Source: Candidatus Bathyarchaeota archaeon (GTDB taxonomy: Archaea; Thermoproteota; Bathyarchaeia; Bathyarchaeales; Bathycorpusculaceae). From it: 64,000 bases of DNA. Below are positions 61,425 to 64,000 of this stretch, one piece after another (within the stretch, counting starts at the first letter, position 1; every line of letters begins with the position of its first letter). The position numbers were made by a program, and so were the translations under genes. The stretch is from NCBI GenBank assembly GCA_963770935.1, contig CAVYRJ010000008.1, forward strand, positions 64,001-128,000. The letters are read 5' to 3'. The notes under the pieces are model-generated. The model saw only the letters and a program-made list of their open reading frames with translations, was not told the DNA's origin and did not search any database.

Positions 61425-62288
61425 CTAAAACAGGAAACCAGTGATTAACCCAAACGTTAAACCCAGCATTATTGGGAAGGGTAAACCGGGGAAAATCCCT
61501 TTTTTCTCAAGCATAAAAAACGTCACAATTGAGCCAACTAAGATTCCAACTATCGCCATTATGGTTGGCAGTACACTTGGCAGGAAACTAAAGAACATAA
61601 CTCCCATGAGCATGGAGTAGAACACTAAGTCGCCTAGCCCCATTTGAATGTCCTTAAACGAAAAGCTTAAACCTTGAAGTTGGTCAAGTCCCGAGGACGC
61701 GGCGATTTTTCCCACTGGACCTCGATAGACCGCGATTACGTCATAGATGGCGAGAAAAACCAAAATAATGACTCCACTATTCAGAGGAATCCATTTACCG
61801 AAGAAAATACCCAATGCGCCACCTATTGCAACGACAGCTATGTTTCGGGCATTACTACCAAGACGGAAGATGGCGAGGTCAAAAAGCACCGCTAAAGCTA
61901 CAGACAATGCAATCAACACATACAGATTATTAATGATTGGGAAATAAGATAAAATTACAGATAAATAAACCAGCGACAACAGCAAAGCCGCAGTCGTCAA
62001 CGCTACAATAATTAAAGCTTTGATGATGTTTTTGCTTTTCCGTTTAAGCAGAAAATAGAATACGGTTGCGCTTATCGCGATAAGGACAACAAAGTATAGG
62101 GCGTTGCCGAAAGGCGCTCCTGGGGTGGTTTCTGGAATAGGAGTGACAGGAATATCTACTGGCAGCGGAACAAGTAGGTATGCACAGGCCAACCCGAAAA
62201 GCATGCTTGCAAGTATAGGAACCAGATAGATGAATTGGAATTTGAACTTGCCCTCTTCTTTCCCGGCGGGTTTTAGTTGTTCAGTCAA
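61425..62288 (-). CDS. presenilin/signal-peptide-peptidase-like intramembrane aspartyl protease (A22)
   Basis: Multi-TM protein with YD (AIYDVIAV), GLGD and PGL(P) motifs. Confidence 0.9.
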   Translation of the reverse strand: MTEQLKPAGKEEGKFKFQFIYLVPILASMLFGLACAYLLVPLPVDIPVTPIPETTPGAPFGNALYFVVLIAISATVFYFLLKRKSKNIIKALIIVALTTAALLLSLVYLSVILSYFPIINNLYVLIALSVALAVLFDLAIFRLGSNARNIAVVAIGGALGIFFGKWIPLNSGVIILVFLAIYDVIAVYRGPVGKIAASSGLDQLQGLSFSFKDIQMGLGDLVFYSMLMGVMFFSFLPSVLPTIMAIVGILVGSIVTFFMLEKKGIFPGLPFPIMLGLTFGLITGFLF

Positions 62289-62294
62289 TGTCGT

Positions 62295-62847
62295 TTACCT
62301 TATGTCAGTGATAGCTATTGCCGCTTTCAAATAGCATTCGTCACACAATAAGCTTTGTTTTTTGTCTGTGTCAAAAATCGAATTAGAAAAATGCATTACA
62401 CACAAGGACCGCAGGCAATGTTTCACGCCCAATGTATGACCTAACTCGTGAATTGCCTCCTTTAACGTCCCGCAGAACATAGAGTGCTATGTTGGGTTTG
62501 TCTTTGTAGAATGCTGGTTTTAGCCGCCAAAGCGAAATTAACGCGGCGTTTCCCGGCATATAGGCTTCGCCAAACACATAGTTTAAGCCAGATGTAAAGA
62601 TGTCCACGTCTACTACGGCTAATACGCAGTGGAAATTCAGGTTTTTTGCGGCATAATCTCTGATTTCATTGAGGATTAAGGTGGAGTTGTACTGCTTGCG
62701 TTTTTTGTCAAATGCGCCTTGCGGTACAGGCATGGATTTTTCAATTATGGTGGCGGTGGTGTCTGGGAAAGCTTTCGCTAAGCCCTGCTGTAGCCCGGCC
62801 AAAACTTCGGGCGCGACCTGCCCAACCTGCAAAATTCCAATTTTCAT
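62295..62847 (-). CDS. archaemetzincin (M54) zinc protease (frameshifted near 62475)
   Basis: RKQY, LNYVFG, HELGHTLGVKHC, CVMHFS, LCDEC. Confidence 0.9.
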
Positions 62848-62857
62848 TCTTTACAGC

Positions 62858-64000
62858 CTAAATTTGGTAGGTTTCGCCAGTCTTTGGCGCCACAGCATCC
62901 AAGCCTAACTCGGTTTTTGCCCAGTTTGCAAATAGTTCACAGTTGCCCTCCGCTCCATGCACAACGAAGACTTTGGGTTTGCCGCCTAGCTTTATTAGGG
63001 CTTCTTTGAGTTTGCTTGCGCCGCAGTGCGACGAGAAATCAAAATGACGATACTGCGCTTTAATCTTGCGAATTTGCCCATCGATTGTGCAGACGCCTTT
63101 CTCCATAAGTTCCCTACCGGGAGTGCCCGGAATTTGGTAGCTGACCAGGAACACGGCGTTGTTGGCTTTTTTTCCAAGCTTTGAAATGTAGAATGCTGCT
63201 GGTCCACCTTTAAGCATGCCTGCTGTGGAAATTATCACGCCCGGCGTTTTGACGGCTCGGCGTCTATCACGCCAGCCTTCCACCCACTCGGCTGAGTGCA
63301 TGGCATTCATAAAGAGTCTTGGGTCTTTGAGAAATTCTTTGTAATTCATGATGACTCTGCTTGCCTCCCTTGCCATTCCATCTAAGGTTACCGGGTAATC
63401 AAAATGGTTGGCGGCTAAAACACATGCTATTTCCTGTGAGCGACCTACACCGAATGCTGGGACAAGAACAGTTCCCCCTGTTTCAACCACGTCTGTGCAT
63501 GCTTCAACGAATTTTTTTTCCAGTTCTAACCGTTCGGTGTGGTCTGCATCTGCATACGTGCTTTCTATGACAACTGCATCTAAATCGCCGTAGTTCATAG
63601 ATGCTCCTGCCAGCAGTTTGCTTTCTTCCAAGTTGAAGTCGCCCGTGTAAAGGATACGTTTGCCTTCCGCTTCAATCAACACTTGCGAGCTTCCAGGGGT
63701 ATGACCTGCGTTGAACAACTTCATTTTCATGTCACCGATTTGTTCTTCAACCCCAAAATCTAAGTGCCTGTTACTTTGCATCATGGTTTTTAATTCAAGA
63801 TATTCAAAAGGCAAATAGTAACTTGACAAGTGGATAAAGTCTTGAACGAGCAATTGGGTTAATTCTAAACTAAGTTTGTTTGTGTAGAGGGGTTTTTTGT
63901 CGTTTATGTAGAAGATGGGGACGGCGCCGGAGTGGTCAAGGTGGCTATGGGTCAAAATTACTGCGTCGACTTCTTTTGGGGGAATATGCATGGGGAAACC
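62858..64000 (-). CDS. metallo-beta-lactamase/beta-CASP ribonuclease (5' end outside the window)
   Basis: THSHLDHSG, AGHTPG, YTGD, IESTY, GRSQE, FSSH, VHG. Confidence 0.92.
   Translation of the reverse strand, partial: GFPMHIPPKEVDAVILTHSHLDHSGAVPIFYINDKKPLYTNKLSLELTQLLVQDFIHLSSYYLPFEYLELKTMMQSNRHLDFGVEEQIGDMKMKLFNAGHTPGSSQVLIEAEGKRILYTGDFNLEESKLLAGASMNYGDLDAVVIESTYADADHTERLELEKKFVEACTDVVETGGTVLVPAFGVGRSQEIACVLAANHFDYPVTLDGMAREASRVIMNYKEFLKDPRLFMNAMHSAEWVEGWRDRRRAVKTPGVIISTAGMLKGGPAAFYISKLGKKANNAVFLVSYQIPGTPGRELMEKGVCTIDGQIRKIKAQYRHFDFSSHCGASKLKEALIKLGGKPKVFVVHGAEGNCELFANWAKTELGLDAVAPKTGETYQI

Noticed and set aside
1-64000. CRISPR array, rRNA, transposase or integrase
   Set aside because: No regularly spaced direct repeats, rRNA-like sequence or recombinase motifs were seen.

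Overview
Archaeal chromosomal window, most consistent with a Bathyarchaeia-like genome (inference from archaeal-type purA, ileS, trm1, NurA/HerA, presenilin, archaemetzincin, beta-CASP nuclease and GGTGA-type ribosome-binding sites). Housekeeping genes are interleaved with accessory blocks. About a dozen genes are split by single-base frameshifts, which looks like long-read assembly error rather than real decay. The best candidate for an undescribed system is at 19.9-23.7 kb: a metacaspase (C14), a cobalamin-dependent radical SAM enzyme with a C-terminal PqqD/RRE-like domain, and a 124-aa precursor-like protein. In that protein a 37-aa cationic amphipathic core (GIGSWIRKVGGKIKKAISNPTVQTTVVTIVAGKLTSR, net +7) is bounded by two Ser-Arg sites and followed by an acidic tail of net -7. 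This suggests an archaeal RiPP or antimicrobial-peptide pathway. Other notable items: a divergent pair of paralogous ribbon-helix-helix (RHH) micro-regulators around TACCG repeats, an orphan minimal contractile tail-sheath gene, a stand-alone minimal PolX, a DCD-like domain protein, a nurA-herA pair without mre11/rad50, and several small proteins missed by the ORF track. No rRNA, convincing tRNA, CRISPR array or transposase was seen. All family assignments come from motif recognition by eye, not from database searches.
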